From positions 7,978,924 through 8,042,923 of the forward strand of contig NC_068991.1 of the NCBI RefSeq assembly GCF_001194135.2: 64,000 nt of DNA, written 5' to 3'. Source of the stretch: Octopus bimaculoides. Its lineage: Eukaryota. Every line of letters begins with the position of its first letter. Position 1 is the stretch's first letter. The position numbers and the translations under genes are program-made. Shown here piece by piece: positions 35,865 through 48,491 of the stretch. Under the pieces are notes generated by a model. It was not told the DNA's origin. It saw only the letters and a program-made list of their open reading frames with translations, and did not search any database.

Positions 35865-36205
35865 CTCTTACTTGTTTCAGTCATTAGACTGCGGTCATGC
35901 TAGGGCACTGCCTTGAAGAATTTTCAATCAAATGAACCTATCCCAGTACATAATTTCTTTTTTAGGCCTGGTCCTTATTTTATCAGTTACTTTCGCCAAA
36001 CTGCTAAGTTACAGGAATGTAAACACACCAACACCTGTTTTCAAATATATATACGACGGGCTTCTATCAGTTTCCATTTACCAAATCCACTCACAAAACT
36101 ATGGTCAGTCTGAGGCTATAGCAGTAGACATTTGTCCAAGGTGCCAGGCAGTGCGACTGAACCCAGAACCATGTGGTTGGGAAGCAAACTTCTTACCACA
36201 TGGCC
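35865..36205 (-). mobile_element. SINE A copy
   Basis: Same modules as 1935-2390. Confidence 0.8.
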
Positions 36206-37022
36206 ATATTTATATTTCCATATTGTATTTTTTGTTTTCATGCTACAATTATGAGTTAGATAAGAATACCAAAATGTGAATGCTGTGTAGAGGTGTGGTA
36301 CGTGCTTCTCTGTATGTGTGATAGGAATGAAGAAGGTTTCCCTTTTGTGAATGAATGCCCTTCAAGTGGGTTATATTTTGAGTACAGATTCTTGGGTAAA
36401 AAGTTTGTATCTTAANNNNNNNNNNNNNNNNNNNNNNNNNNNNNNNNNNNNNNNNNNNNNNNNNNNNNNNNNNNNNNNNNNNNNNNNNNNNNNNNNNNNN
36501 NNNNNNNNNNNNNNNNNNNNNNNNNNNNNNNNNNNNNNNNNNNNNNNNNNNNNNNNNNNNNNNNNNNNNNNNNNNNNNNNNNNNNNNNNNNNNNNNNNNN
36601 NNNNNNNNNNNNNNNNNNNNNNNNNNNNNNNNNNNNNNNNNNNNNNNNNNNNNNNNNNNNNNNNNNNNNNNNNNNNNNNNNNNNNNNNNNNNNNNNNNNN
36701 NNNNNNNNNNNNNNNNNNNNNNNNNNNNNNNNNNNNNNNNNNNNNNNNNNNNNNNNNNNNNNNNNNNNNNNNNNNNNNNNNNNNNNNNNNNNNNNNNNNN
36801 NNNNNNNNNNNNNNNNNNNNNNNNNNNNNNNNNNNNNNNNNNNNNNNNNNNNNNNNNNNNNNNNNNNNNNNNNNNNNNNNNNNNNNNNNNNNNNNNNNNN
36901 NNNNNNNNNNNNNNNNNNNNNNNNNNNNNNNNNNNNNNNNNNNNNNNNNNNNNNNNNNNNNNNNNNNNNNNNNNNNNNNNNNNNNNNNNNNNNNNNNNNN
37001 NNNNNNNNNNNNNNNNNNNNNN

Positions 37023-37086
<64 letters not shown>

Positions 37087-37104
37087 CCTCCTCTCTCAAT
37101 ATCA

Positions 37105-37332
37105 CCACAAGAAAACATCCGGGCTAGTCAAGTTTGGAGAACATGAAGGCCAGTTGACATTGCCGTAGTGGGAGATTATTCTCTCTCCAAAGCTCTGCCG
37201 TAGTAACTGCATTGTTTCTCTTGCAGTATGAGCAGTTGCCCCATCTTGCTGGAACCATGTGTGAGGTCTCCTTTGAATGGCCAGGCACAAAAAGATCTCA
37301 ATCATGGATACCTGAAACAGAAGGTTTACGTC
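37105..37332. mobile_element. Tc1/mariner DD41D (rosa/Visitor-type) transposase fragment with an internal inversion
   Basis: Minus strand 37305->37105 reads MIEIFLCLAIQRRPHTWFQQDGATAHTARETMQLLRQSFGERIISHYGNVNWPSCSPNLTSPDVFLW, with 41 residues between QQD and the D of PDVFLW. The expected continuation GYLKQKVYV lies on the plus strand at 37306-37332. Confidence 0.85.
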
Positions 37333-37755
37333 AAACATTTCGCCTGGCATGCTAACATTTCTGTCAACTTGCCACCTTTATTTTGTTCTATTAACTGGTT
37401 TTGTTGGATATGTGTTGCCTTGGGGTCAGATGTCTTTTCAGGGTGCTACAGTTATTACTAATTGGTTTCAGCAGTGCCTTATATTAGAGAGGTATCGGTT
37501 TATTGAATTTGAGGGGTTTTTCTGTTGATAATACTACTTTAAGATGATTTTTTTTTTTCATTTTTCATTTCCTTTTATTATTGTAAGTTTAGTTATTTTA
37601 CATTTTTTTGTTTTTACACGAGGGAGAAACAGGTTCAAGTAACCATTTAGGATTAAATAATGATTTGGATAAAATTACTTTTCATCGTTATCTTAAAGAT
37701 GTATTGGATTTTCTTTTAATACTTGTTCGTTTAATGAGACTTATTGATATAATTG

Positions 37756-37870
37756 TTTTATAAATATAATGTTATTTCCATTATATTTATTACATTTATA
37801 AATATGATGTTGTTTTCATTATATTTATTATATTTATAAATATAATTTTGTCTTCGTTATATTTATTATT
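37756..37870. repeat. AT-rich 38-bp tandem repeat, about 3 copies
   Basis: tataaatataatgttatttccattatatttattacatt / tataaatatgatgttgttttcattatatttattatatt / tataaatataattttgtcttcgttatatttattat. Confidence 0.75.
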
Positions 37871-39129
37871 ACTCTTTCATTAAAGTACTTGGATACTTAC
37901 AGAATGGTACTATCTGTGGGAATTTTCCACAACTAGGTGAACTATGTGAAGAGTCTGAGAATTATGAAGGATTCTGGACATTGTGCAGGCATGGTTAAAA
38001 AGCTCTCTTTGCAACCCACATGGTTTTGGGTTCAGTTCTACTGCACAGCACCTTAGACAAGTATCTTCTGCTACAGCCATAACCTCACCTATGCTCTGTG
38101 AGTGAATTTGGTAGATGGAAACTGAAAGAAACCTGTTGTATGAAGGGTTTTGTCCTGCATGTTACTTAGTGACCTCACAGCTGTTGGGGCCACGTAAAAC
38201 GCACCCAGTATACTTTGTAAGGTGGTTGGCATAAGGAAGGGCATCCAGCCATAGCAACCATGCCAAAGCAGACAACAGACAACACTTGAAGGTGATGCTC
38301 CAACATGGCCACTGTCCAGTACCTGAAACAAGTAAATGATAAAACATTTAAAAAATTGCTAGTAACTAGATGACCAGAAATCTAATAACATCTTCTCAAC
38401 TTGACCAGCTGTCTGTTATAACTTGTGAGTAAAATACATTTGTTTGCCTCAGGTCAGTAGAATTATGGTGAAACTAAGAACCATTTTCCCTTTACATTAT
38501 TATGTGGTTGGAATTGGAAGACTTAGCTCACCGAGTTGATAAGATCATTTTGACCAACTGGCTGAGAGGTCAGCACCGTTCATATCCTGTCACTGACACT
38601 ACGTTTATGCCTGTGACCAAAGCACTTGACTTTTAAAATGGCACAGTCCACTTAACTTTGTGTATACCACTGTAAGTAACAAACATGCCAGTGTTTCATT
38701 ATACTGCAGTGAAGAGTTGAACTCTTCCTGTTAGCATTGCTTGCCAAGGAATGAATTTAACCAAATTGACTTGCTCTACATCATAGTTTCTCAAAGTGGG
38801 TGCTATCCCCCCACCCCCTGGCTGATAAGAGTGAGTATCAGTCCTACTATATTATTGGAAAGATGGAAGGTGATGCACTGGCAGAAACATTAGCATGCTG
38901 GGCGAAATGCTTAGCGGTATTTCATCTGTCTTTATGTTCTGAGTTCAAATCCCACCGAGGTCGACTTTGCCTTTCATCCTTTCAGGGTTGATAAATTAAT
39001 TACCAGTTGCGTACTGGGGTCGATCTAAGATTATTGGAAAGATGATTGTAGAGAAAAGTAGTCTGCAGCAAAAACATTTGTATCAATATTTATAAAACAT
39101 TTATAAAACCTGTAAACATAGACACAGAC

Positions 39130-39520
39130 ATGGCTGTGTGGTCAAGCAGCTCACATTGCAACCATGTCACTTTTGGGTTCAGTCCTACTGCACAGCACAC
39201 CTTGAGCAAATGTCTTCTCTATTATAGTACAAGGCTGACCAAAACCTTGAGAGTGAACTTTTGGACAGGAATTGTATGAAGGCCTGTTGTGTGTCTGTAT
39301 GTGTGTATTCCCTTACTCCACCATATGGCTGCTGGTTTTGGTTTATTTGTCCTTATATCTTAGAGGTTTACCAAAAAAAAAAAAAACCGAAAAAGCAATT
39401 GAATAACCACTAGATTTAGAAAAGAAAGGGAAGTAGTGGGGTTGATCTTTTCATCCAAAACCCTTCAATGTGGTGCCTCAGCATGGCCAGAGTCCAGTAA
39501 CTGAAACAAGTAAAAAAATA
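39130..39520 (+). mobile_element. Degenerate SINE A copy
   Basis: Head catggctgtgtggtcaagcagctcacattgcaacc.. through tail ..ctgaaacaagtaaaa. Confidence 0.7.
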
Positions 39521-39945
39521 AAAGATAAAGATTTTATAAGGTAGTTTATCATTTGTCAAAAGCTAATTATTTAACGATTTGTAAGTTCCAGAATATTCTT
39601 TTCATCTTAAGAGGTTTGTAAACTATAACCTAAATTGCTGCTGGAAACACTAAATATGTTTGGTTATCTACCAAGTTATAAATAGCACCGCTGATAACAA
39701 ATTTCAGGAAAGTATATAAGTGATATAAAATTGTAGTTCGTGTAGTTAGTTGCGAGAACATGACAGAAAATTCTTGTCAAACAGAATGTAAATTTTTATT
39801 AATCTGCAAACATTCCGTTTGTGGAACACTGAGTTTTACTGATAAGATGTTGGCAAAGTAAGAGAATACAGACATGTTATGGTGTAAAAACTATCTAAAA
39901 TCGTGTCTATATAAAAAGAAAACACCTAAATGATGATAGCAATTC

Positions 39946-39978
<33 letters not shown>

Positions 39979-40114
39979 GTTTCGTGTCTGTTTTCCTTAC
40001 TGGCATGGGTTGGATGGTTTGAGAAGCTCTGGCCAGCCAGAGGGCTGTACTATGGCTCTGTTGTCTGTTTTGGCATGGTTTCTATGACTGGATGTCTTTC
40101 CTAATGCCAACCAC

Positions 40115-40382
40115 TTAGCAAGGGCAGAGGTATTGTTTTCGGTCATGTTTGTTTATCCATAAACAAGACATTTCAAGAACTGCTGGATGGATTCGGATGA
40201 AACTTTCAGGGATGTTTGGCCTTGTGACTTAATCTTTGAGAGTGGTTGGGTTCATTTTTAGTATTCTTGTTTGTGAGAGCAGTCAAGTTTATTTCAGATA
40301 TTTTCATTTTAAAAATGATCTCTTGTTCAGTGGATGTTGGTATTGCCTTGGCGGAGGTTTGCTTTCTCTGAGTGCTCTTGTT
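40115..40382 (+). mobile_element. Helentron-associated (HINE/DINE-1-like) non-autonomous element, degenerate
   Basis: 3' subterminal CCTTGGCGGAGGT (40346-40358) followed by a decayed small stem (gctttctctgagtgc) and a T-rich end. The 5' end gcaagggcagaggtattgttttc..gtttgttt resembles the gccaaggaggttatgttttc start as I recall it. Confidence 0.5.
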
Positions 40383-42899
40383 CATATCTGAATTATTATA
40401 AATGTTCGCCGATGTAAACTTTGTCTTTCATCCTTTCAAGGTTAATGAAATAAGAAACAATCAAGTCCTGGGGTCAATAAAATTGACAAAATTTACTTTA
40501 TTGGTTGAATTTTACAATAATCTTTGAAGTTTTTCAAATCGTATATAACTCAAAATTATAAAATTGACAAAAAAGAAAAAAGAAAAAAAAGAAGCAAAAT
40601 TGCGATTGATCAATATAGTTTGATAAATGACTTCAATGTAAACTAATTTTATTAAACAGTTTTTAGAAACCAGAACTTAGAACCAAATATTTAACTGGCT
40701 TATTTCTACCTTGCTACTTCTCAAGAAAATAATATAATGTTTTTATACATCGTAGAGATATGGCCAATAAATCGTTAAAAGAGAAATGGTTCAATGGACA
40801 GAGAAGACAGAGAATTCAATGAGTTTGTGAATTTGGGGATAGTCCTTTTTTTTGTTATCCACCCCACCCCCAGCTAATAAGGCATGAATGGTTCAATAAA
40901 TTTGTTGGAATATTTCTTTCATGGTTGAATGATCTTCATGTCTCTTCTATTCCGCATTAAAGTTGCACTTGTATACAGATACACAGAATAGCACGTGCCA
41001 TTGGGTGTACAATGAAATGCCACATTGCTTGCGAAAGAAAAACAAGGAATTGATCAGGACAAAAGCTACGTGTTTAGAAATTTAGAATTGTCTCTAAAAT
41101 AATTGATGAAATATTGAGAAAACGGAGCATATGGTATTGAAGTGTATCCTGATAATTTTAAGGAATTCAATAGCTGAATGCTCAAGATGCTTGCTCAATT
41201 TTATGCTCCTCAGTTTGAGTGTGCATGAGAGAATTACTTTCTTCACTTGATATTATCACCAAGTTGAATGAATGCATATGATTGGGCTAGAATAATCTGA
41301 TTAATTCAAGCAGTAGTAATTTTGTGATATGAGGACTAGGTGTGGCTGTGTGGCTAAGAAGCTTGCTTCCCAGTTATGTGGTCTTGGGTTCAGTCCCACT
41401 GTGCATTACCTTGGGCAAATGTTTTCTGCTATAGCCCTAGGCTGACCAAAACATTATGAGTGGATTTGATAGATGGAAGCTGAAGTAAGCCTTGATGGTT
41501 ATAAATGAACATCATCATCATACAACTGACGTTTGTCTCCAGTCTTTTGAAAAGAAAAAAAAGAAGCCTAGACATGAGGAATATTACCTTGCTTGGAAAC
41601 AGGTGACTGTTGGCAACAGGAAGAGCATGCTGCCATAAAAAATTCACCTCGATAAATTCCATCTGACCCATGCCAGCATAGAAAAGTGGACGTTAAACTG
41701 ATGATACTGATGATGAAATATAATACAAAAATAGTCAACATTACAGATATTTTCCCTTTTTTTCCCCCATTATACTTGTCGAGTGGTCAAGATTTTCCTA
41801 TGATTTCAAGTTTTGTGATTTTGTTTTCTTAGTAGTTTCTCAGTTAGTCTGTCCATTGTCTGGTGAGTAAGTCAGTTACTTGACTTTCCATTATTAAGGA
41901 TAATCAATGAGTGATTAACTCTGTTGACTTCTAAATGGAACAAATAAGTCCAGCTTCTCTTCTAGATGCACTGTAATGTTGAACCTAGCACCACAAGTTT
42001 ACCAGGCTACTTGTCAGTTTTACAATGCTGTGTCTATCTACAGTAGTAAGATGTTTCTATGCTGCATGGAAGTACCTATTGATACCTAGGTTGACTAGGC
42101 CAGCTGAAAGTTAAAAGTGTCTTGGCCACAGACACAATACAGTCATAGCTTATGAACCACCAGCTTCTTAGCTGGTTGTCCTGTACTTTCTCAACTCAGC
42201 CGTCTGTAATTTCACTTGTGACACATTAACTCTTTCGATACAAACCCATGTGAGACTGCCTTTGGTTTTATGATACAGACTTCCTGTTTTCAAGTGATCT
42301 AAATTAAAGCCTCCCATTAATATTTTGTATTATGTTCCAAATACCAGCTTAATGTTTGACAAAGTTATTTTGCTAAATTCTTCATTATTTTTAAACATTA
42401 ATTGAAACAAAGGCAGTGTATTTCAAGAGAAATCCTGCAACAAATGGTTGAAATAGCTTCAGGGAATTTAGAATGTTAAACCCTTTTGATTCCAACCTGC
42501 TTCAGACTCCCCCAGGTTCTTTGAAGCCTATTAATCCATACTCTAAAAGATATGATCTATTTTCCCTTCACTTTATCTATACACACCAAGCAAAATGAAA
42601 GTTTTCTTTTTATCTTTCATATTTATGTATGTGTTCATGAAATCAATTTTAGTGATATGAATAATATTGAAAGTTTTGCAACTGAAACAGTGCAAGCTTT
42701 CTATTAAGCATTGATCTTCTCAAAAACTATATGCATTTATTTGAACAACTGTCTCTGTTCTTACTCTCAGGATGCTTACATAATATGGCTGCATATATGT
42801 GGATCAGTCTTTCCTACACATCTCTGCACACAAACTGCTAACACTTCCATAATCTTGCCTTTCTTTCTTGTCAATAAAATTCCGAGCGGGATCACTGCA

Positions 42900-43175
42900 A
42901 GAGCAGCGGTCTCGCTCCCGTGCCGGTGGCATGTAAAAAACACCATTCGAGCGTGGCCGTTGCCAGTACCGCCTGACTGGCCTTCATGCCGGTGGCATGT
43001 AAAAAGCACCCACTACACTCTCGGAGTGGTTGGCGTTAGGAAGAGCATCCAGCTGTAGAAACTCTGCCAGATCAGATTGGAGTCTGGTGTAGCCATCCGC
43101 TTCGCCAGTCCCCAGTCAAATCGTCCAACCCATGCTAGCATGGAAAGCGGACGTTAAAAGATGATGATGATGATG
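42900..43175 (+). mobile_element. 3' part of the RTE-associated retroposon (younger, CpG-retaining copy)
   Basis: Two ccggtggcatgtaaaaa units, ttggcgttaggaagagcatccagctg, and tail catgctagcatggaaagcggacgttaaaagatgatgatg. Confidence 0.8.
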
Positions 43176-44109
43176 TAAAAGAACTGACCCCTTTATCCAT
43201 TTACTTCAGCCCCTATTATGTGTAGTTTATGCTTCAATCCTGCGCACAAAGTCAAAGGAGTCTGACATCCCTGATCTAGAACATTTTTGCCTTTGGGGCT
43301 CAAATTTTGACACAAACAAAGCAATCTCTCTTATTTGTTTTCCTGACTAAATAGGAAATGTGTCAGTTGACTGATTTAAAAAGAACCCCTCCCTCCAAAA
43401 AACTGTTCATTGAACGATTTTGTATCTGTTTGTTGAACTATTCGGTGTGTGCTAGTCTGCTTAAAAAACAACAATGATTGATGTCTGCATTAAATGTAGA
43501 CTAATGAACAGAAGAACAGAAGTAAAGACTTTGAAAAGCTTACATTAGAAGAAGAAGAAAAAAGAAAACCAACTATGTACAGGGTTGCTAATTAGCTATC
43601 TATCTAATATTGAGGAAAGAAATTCTAAATCACTGACAATGAAATAAAAGTGATAACATTAAAAGAAGCAATAAAAATACTAATGATGTCTTACTTTGGC
43701 ACACAGCCATGGAATTTGGAGCTGAAATATGGCTGATTGAATCAGCTGAGTTCTATGACTGGTGCTTAGTTTATTGACCCTATAGGGATGGGAGACAAAG
43801 TCAGTCCCTTAGAAATTTTGACTCATAAGGTACTGGGATGAAACTAAATATTAGCCACTCAGCTGCCTTTCAATAATAATGATAATAATAACCCTTTCTA
43901 CTATAAGCACAAAGCCTGAAATTTTGGGGGAGATGGGGTGGGGGCTAGTTGATTATATTGAAGCTAGTACGTAACTGGTACTTATTTCATCAACCCCCGA
44001 AAGGTTGAAAGGCAAAGCCGACCTCAGCAGAATTTGAACTCAGAATGTAAGGACAGACGAAATGCCACTAAGCATTTTGCCCGGAATGCTAATGAGTCTG
44101 CCAGCTCAC

Positions 44110-44110
<1 letters not shown>

Positions 44111-44140
<30 letters not shown>

Positions 44141-44380
44141 AATTCTGGTTTATTGGCCACAAGGGCTAATATAAAATCAAAAACATGAAGGGACAAGCAC
44201 AGGATGATAAAAACAAAGGGTTTTTCAAAAAGAAAAGGTCTGTGTAAAACATGAGATAACAGCGAAAATATAACAAGTAAAAACTCCCAATAGGGGGAGG
44301 TGCTTTGAAAGGTTACTCGTAGAAAAACCCATAAAAGCCACGGGTACCTGGTCAACAGGGTGAGAGCTTTTTCTCTGTTT
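44111..44380 (-). mobile_element. Probable 3' end of a non-LTR retroelement with AATAAA and a (TAC)n tail
   Basis: The minus strand ends ..gtggccAATAAAccagaatttactactactactactac. No coding motif seen. Confidence 0.4.
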
Positions 44381-45869
44381 TATACCTTTTGTAATCTCAG
44401 AATTGGTCCGTTCATACTGGCCACTTTACCGACATTCACCCACCTTTCAACAAATTTGCTACAAGACAACACTTCCCACTCTACTCTATTTCATGTTGTT
44501 CCAGTCCACTCAGCTGGTAAAAATGAAGAGTACCTGTAATTCAAAGGGCCAGCCTTGTCGCATTCCGTGTCATGCTGAATCTCCCTGGGAACTATATTAA
44601 GGGTATGTGTGTCTGTGGAGTACTCAGCCATTGCGCATTAATTTCACGAGTAGGCTGTTCCGTTGATCGGATCAACTGGAACCCTCATCATCGGAACTGA
44701 CAGAGTGGCATTTGGATGGAGATGGTGGCATTTGGATTGAAGGAGGAGGTGAGGACTCTAACCCCACCGCCAACCTTCCCAGGCGTAGTGGGCAGAAAAA
44801 AACGGATGGAAATAATATAAATAAGTTTAATAAAATACATATGAACAAAGGTCATCAATCAACACGAAGACATGGTTTTTGCATTGGTGTCAGGCCATAC
44901 ATTCGTAAGGATACATCATAATAATGGTACTTTATTTCATTGCACCAAAAAAGACAAAAAATGAAAATCTTGACTCTAATAGGATTTGAACTCAAAGAGT
45001 ATTTTACTCAATCGGCTTTATATTGATTTTGTTTTGGAGTGAGTGGGAGGGTAGGAATATTGGTTTGGCATTGTTTCTTTTCTCTTCTTTTATTTTCGAT
45101 TATTTTGTATTTACGACTATAGGTTTTATGTACTTACATTACGGTAATATACTAGTATACCATAATGACGGCAATGATTATTCATTATTTTTATATGTGC
45201 TCTGCCATACCAGCATGGGTTAGACATATCTACAATACTGCCTTGTTCCTGCTGTCTGCTGTCAGTCTAAGAAGAACATTTCAAAAAACGTATTGATTTC
45301 ATGCAACAGTGTGAGGTGTGTTCGCTCAGATTAGAATCAAGCGATGCAGCAGTACTTCATCCGATTTCTGTTAATTTCTGTAAAATAATTGATAATTTGA
45401 AGTAACGAAGTATCTTTGGTGTGTTGTGTTTCAATTAAAACCCAGCCTTAATGTGGTAGCTATTGTCATTTTGAGTAGTGGGCTGAGGATAAAACGAGAA
45501 GGAAAATATGTAATTACTGAAATCATACACTAAAGTTTGTCAAATATTAATTTTGAGTTTTCCAAGACTATTTAGAGAATATAATGTTAATTACAGTTCG
45601 ATCTATTTTAGTACCTCACTGTTTTGACCTTAACGCATGGCGGGATTTATTTTTGACTTTTCATACTTCGAGACTTGATAAAAAAAGTTTTTTGTTAAAA
45701 CATTTATCTGTTTACCTGACCTGGAAGAAAAATCTCAGAAAGTTGTAAATTTTAGGAGCAAAAATTTAGGCTTTGTGTGTGTGTGTGTGTGTATGTGTGT
45801 TTGGTGGTTGGTGGAATACATTAGGCCAGGTGAAAGACGTTTGAGTGAAAAAAAAAAAAAGATAAGTGA

Positions 45870-46245
45870 ATGAATCAGGTGGGCTCGGGTAGGTATGATA
45901 CACAACTTGTTCAGAGAAGCCGGAACTGTCATAGTCATGGTAGAGGAAGCAGAGGGGATGGTTAGAGAGAGAGAGATTGTGGTTGTAATAAGTTAGGTGA
46001 ATCAGTTGAATTACTATTTTCTGTTTTTTAATGTGGTGTAGAACGTTTGTGTGTAGCAGCTGATCTATCTCAGATATTAGTGAGGCGCTCTGGTGTGGGT
46101 ACACTTGTACTTTGTAGAAGATCTGCAGATGTTCAGAGCTGAGGTGTTGCCTTGACTTGAAGAGAGAAGGCTTACTCTCTGAGATGCAGCTTTGGGTATG
46201 TTCTCAACATGATCGCCAGAGATTTGTGTGGGTTTATTGTTTGTA
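45870..46245 (-). mobile_element. Degenerate CR1/Jockey-group LINE RT C-terminal fragment
   Basis: Minus strand reads DHVENIPKAASQRVSLL..FYKVQVYP..SLCFLYHDY, paralleling WxDHI..IAKSAS.KLG.L..LYKAQVRP..SL..FYRYY. Confidence 0.55.
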
Positions 46246-46609
46246 AAGTGCGTTAAGATTTTATTTGTGAGTTCTTTCATTTTTTTTTTGCATGTTTCAA
46301 TCACTGGACTATGGTCATTCTATAGCACCACTTTGAAGGAGTTTTAGTCAAACAAATCAACCCCTAGTATTTGTTTTTTATGTCTGGATCTTATTCTATC
46401 AGTCTCTTTTTGTTGAACTGCTAACTACCAGACATATAAACAAACTAGTGTGGACATATCTTTGTGCTTGTCCCTTACCATTGCTTTGACAACATCATTT
46501 CTGATGATTATTTTTAGCAATCATGTTGATAACACACCCAAAGCTGCATCTTAAAGAATAGGTCCTCTTCACAGTTTCTGTCTATCAAATTCACTTGTCT
46601 GGAGCTATT

Positions 46610-47015
46610 ACTCTTTACTTGTGTCAATCATTTCACTGCGGCCATGCTTGGGCTCCGCCTTTAGTCAAGCAAATCGACCCCAGGACTTATTCTTTGTAAG
46701 CCTAGTACTTATTCTATCGATCTCTTTTTGCCGAACCTCTAAGTTACGGGGACATAAACACACCAGCATCAGTTGTCAACCGAAGTTGAGGGGGACAAAC
46801 ACAGACACACAAACATATACACACACATACATATATATACATATATACGATGGGCTTCTTTCAGTTTCCGTCTACCAAATCCACTCACAAGGCTTTGGTC
46901 AGCCCGAGGCTATAGTAGAAGACACTTGCCCAAGGTGCTACACAGTGGGACTGAACCCAGAACCATGTGGTTGGTAAGCAAGCTACTTACCACACAGTCA
47001 CTTCTGCGCCTATAG
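46610..47015 (-). mobile_element. Full-length, well-conserved SINE A copy
   Basis: All modules are present, from tail ttactctttacttgtgtc.. to head ..ggtaagcaagctacttaccacacagtcactt. Confidence 0.9.
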
Positions 47016-47730
47016 TAGTAAAAGATATTTACCCAAGGTGCTGTGCAGATGGACTGAACCCAAAACCATGTGGTTGCAAAGTGATCTTAACCGCACAGCC
47101 ATACCTGCTGTTTGCTAATAAAAGGAGTTTTGAGCTTTGAGGCTGTTGAAAGATGAAGTTGTAATATCCTCATTTGAGGATGTTTCAAAATATTTCGTAG
47201 TATTTCAAAGTATTTATCAATGTTGTCAGGCATAAGTTATCTCATTTCTATATTGATGATGCCTGGATGCAAAGAGTTATTGAAAAATAGAGAGGGGGTT
47301 ATCCTCTGCTTGTTTCTCTACAAAAATGTTATCAAAGTGATATTTTCATCACTATCATTGCTAACTTTACTTGACCGTTTTAACTGCAAAATTAAATTTC
47401 ATGGTTATTTTAGTAATGATGTTAAATATCTACCAAAAAGTGGAATTGGTATTTTCTGCAAGTCACATTATCTCATTTATGTTGACATATCTCAACAAAA
47501 AACAGATTGGTATATAAAACTGATTTTCTCAGTTAAGGGTAATGAAATTTTGAGCAGTAAAGAAGTTAATACTCCTGCAAAATATCCTAGTTGTGAATGG
47601 AATTATAATAGAAATCTGAGACTGCCTAGTTGCTCCTTCATTGATTTGAATAAGTAAAAGTCAAGTACTGGAATTGATTTAACTGCAAAATTTATTTTCT
47701 TGGTTATTCCAGCAACAATGTTAAATACCT

Positions 47731-47766
<36 letters not shown>

Positions 47767-48400
47767 TGGAAATAGAATTTCCAGAGTAAAATGATAAATA
47801 AATTGAAGTTTGAAGCTAAAACTGCTGTTTGAACTCCAGTGTCTGGTATTGTACGAGGTGTATGGTTTGGCCTTGTAAAGTCTTCAGTATTCAGCAATGA
47901 ACAAACTGTGTCAGACATTGTACAGACTCAGCTGCTGCAGTTTTCTCTGTAAAATATTCTTGTTTTCCATTTATATTTTAGATAGTTTCAAGTTGCAGTG
48001 GGTTCTATTTCTCAAAACTTTTCTCAGTTCCCTGTTTGCAACTGAAAATTAATAGTTTATATATATATAATAAAAAAAAAAAAAGAACAAAAAAAAAATC
48101 CCCAGAAACGTTGTCATTGTCATCTTTTGGTTTTCTATCACCATTGTTTCAAGTCAGCATTGTTCTTAGTTTCTTTGTTTCTGTCATCAGTGTCATTATT
48201 ATCATTGTCAGCATCTTATTCCCCATCCACTTGCTAGATCTGCTCTGCAACATCTGTTACTGTATAGTAAACATTGAGAGATGCTTTAATTCTATATACA
48301 TCAATGCATATGTGTTCCAAATGAAGGTGTTTGAATAAGGTCATCATCATCATTGTCATCATCCTTCTTTCTACATCCATTTTTTTCTCCATTATAGCTT

Positions 48401-48491
48401 GGATAGGTCTTGAGGTCTTGAGACATTGTTGATAGGATAGGTCTTGAGGTCTTGAGACATTGTTGATAGGATAGGTCTTGAGACATTGTTG
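48401..48491. repeat. 34-bp tandem repeat, about 2.6 copies
   Basis: ggataggtcttgaggtcttgagacattgttgata x2, then ggataggtcttgagacattgtt. Confidence 0.9.

Noticed and set aside
36249-37127. Long ORFs of 200-320 aa containing X runs (also at ~10.6, 17.6, 20.0, 49.9, 51.2, 55.2, 59.4 and 61.3 kb)
   Set aside because: Artefacts of translating through N-gaps.
38534-38670. Minus-strand segment with good acceptor and donor sites
   Set aside because: Stops in all three frames and no other support. At most a non-coding exon, untestable here.
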